Source: Neodothiora populina (lineage: Eukaryota). From it: DNA of 64,000 nucleotides. The stretch's first letter is position 1; each line of letters begins with the position of its first letter. The translations under genes were made by a program, and so were the position numbers. Below are positions 62,643 through 64,000 of the stretch, piece after piece. The stretch is from positions 1,860,001 to 1,924,000 of the forward strand of contig NW_027191417.1 of assembly GCF_041146345.1 (NCBI RefSeq). The letters are read 5' to 3'. The notes below the pieces were generated by a model that worked only from the letters and a program-made list of their open reading frames with translations, made no database searches and had not been told where the DNA came from.

Positions 62643-63441
62643 TTTGGATGAAAGTATCGAGTACAATGAATTGAAGAGTATGTAGCTGGTCAAATATGGT
62701 ATGCTTGTATATGAAGACCACGATTGTGAGGCACGACTCGAATGTTAGTGCTTAGTCCCAAAGTTGACAAGCAACTCATTAAATGTGAGGATCCATTTCT
62801 ACCACCGCACATTGGTTTCTTAGCATCGTTAGTTCCACCCACTGTCAGTAGCATGAAACCACAGTCATTGCCCATTCTTGTCGGGAAGCTTGTTGGTTGA
62901 ATGTCTCCCACGTAACCTCACCCTGGTTCGGCGATTGTGCGTAAAGCCGAGCAGCCCATCGTGTAGGAGCCCCCATTTTTGATAAGCCGCACCATAATTG
63001 CGGCCACATCGTGGATAGGAAACTGTCTGATGCCATCTCAATCGTATGAACTGTATGTGCGGCCGTCTACTGCAACCTGGGAGTCGTGATTTCCAGTAAA
63101 ATACAGGGACAAGGTTATAGTCATGTAGCTCTACTACTTCTTCCCCGACGTATCTCCTTGTACCATAGTAGCCGTGTCAATCAATAACGATTTGCAAAGA
63201 TGGTGTTTAAACATTGCAGCAGGTCTCTTCATTGACATGTATCCCATCTCAAGATGTTGACCGCCGAAGAAGCATTGTAGGAGCCGAGCTCCAAGAGTGG
63301 GACATGATCTCCCAACTGTGATCCAAACCGAGAAGACAACATGCAACAAATAATTAATAATTCTTATACTTCATTGTTACAGGCACTCCCTCAAGGTAAT
63401 TCACGTCGAAAACATACAGCCTCAAGTCACACCATAACAAC

Positions 63442-64000
63442 ATGTCTGCTGTAGGGCTTACCACCTATATATACAATTGACAAGCGACTAACGCCACGCA
63501 GTTTTCATTGAAGGGAAGAACGGCGCTCGTCACAGGTGGCGCTCGTGGATGTGGCCTTGCATTCGCGGAGGCACTTGCCGAAGCAGGTGCAGATGTAGCA
63601 ATCTTCGATGTTATAAACCCGGATGCAGCCTTCGGTGAATTCTCAAAGAAATACGGAGTTAAAACCGCGCATTATCACGTAGATGTCAGCTCGCCTGAGA
63701 GTCTAGAAACCGGTTTCGCCCGGTTCAAAGAGGAGTTCGGCGGCGCTCTCGACATTTGCGTACCATGTGCTGGTGTGAACAAAGACGTGGGCATCCTTGA
63801 CACAACGCCGCAGGATTTCGACAGGCTTGCAAACATCAATTTTAAAGGAGTTTACTTCACTACCCAGATGGCGGCCAAGATGATGATTGCAAACAAAACG
63901 AAAAAAGGCTCCATTATCGTAGTGGCATCGATTGCATCATACAGGGCTATCCGTGGGCAATGCTCATCCGCGTACTGTGCTACCAAGGGTGCCGTGAAGG
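63442..64000 (+). CDS. Short-chain dehydrogenase/reductase (polyol/sugar reductase-like), truncated by window end
   Basis: Not in the ORF track. MSA, intron 63451-63501, then FSLKGRTALVTGGARGCG; CAG, GSIIVVASI and catalytic YCATK. Confidence 0.9.

Overview
Eukaryotic DNA from a filamentous ascomycete (short GT-AG introns with CTRAC/CTAAY-type branch points; probably a Dothideomycete, which is inference). About 21 genes were reconstructed by hand, including intron-split genes that the ORF track misses or truncates. The left ~45 kb is mostly GC-rich core genome: SREBP-like bHLH factor, HAD phosphatase, MFS permease, Nup98-Nup96 precursor, copper-fist factor, Mbp1-like APSES/ankyrin factor, complex I subunit NDUFB7, BRCT-WGR protein, trifunctional trpC, Nup188, a small protein with a conserved-looking C-terminal motif, a syntaxin and a secreted unknown protein. 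The right ~18 kb looks less GC-rich and accessory: a class I glutamine amidotransferase, a broken GH43-like gene, and a putative catabolic cluster. The cluster comprises a DAO-family FAD oxidoreductase, a dehalogenase-type HAD hydrolase, an amino-acid permease, a Zn2Cys6 factor, a Rieske oxygenase of the ECYHC (quaternary-amine) type, a SnoaL/NTF2 protein and an SDR cut off by the window end. The two promoter regions serving the oxidoreductase, HAD and permease carry three CCCGG-S-CCGGTG motifs, and the HAD/permease one also has dense GATA sites. The best candidates for new biology are (1) this possible proline-analogue/betaine catabolic regulon, (2) a secreted protein with an ADP-ribosyltransferase-like motif order, and (3) a weak-donor intron that could switch between Nup98-only and Nup98-Nup96 products. 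No tRNA, rRNA, CRISPR array or intact transposon was recognised. All family calls are from motif recognition, not database searches.
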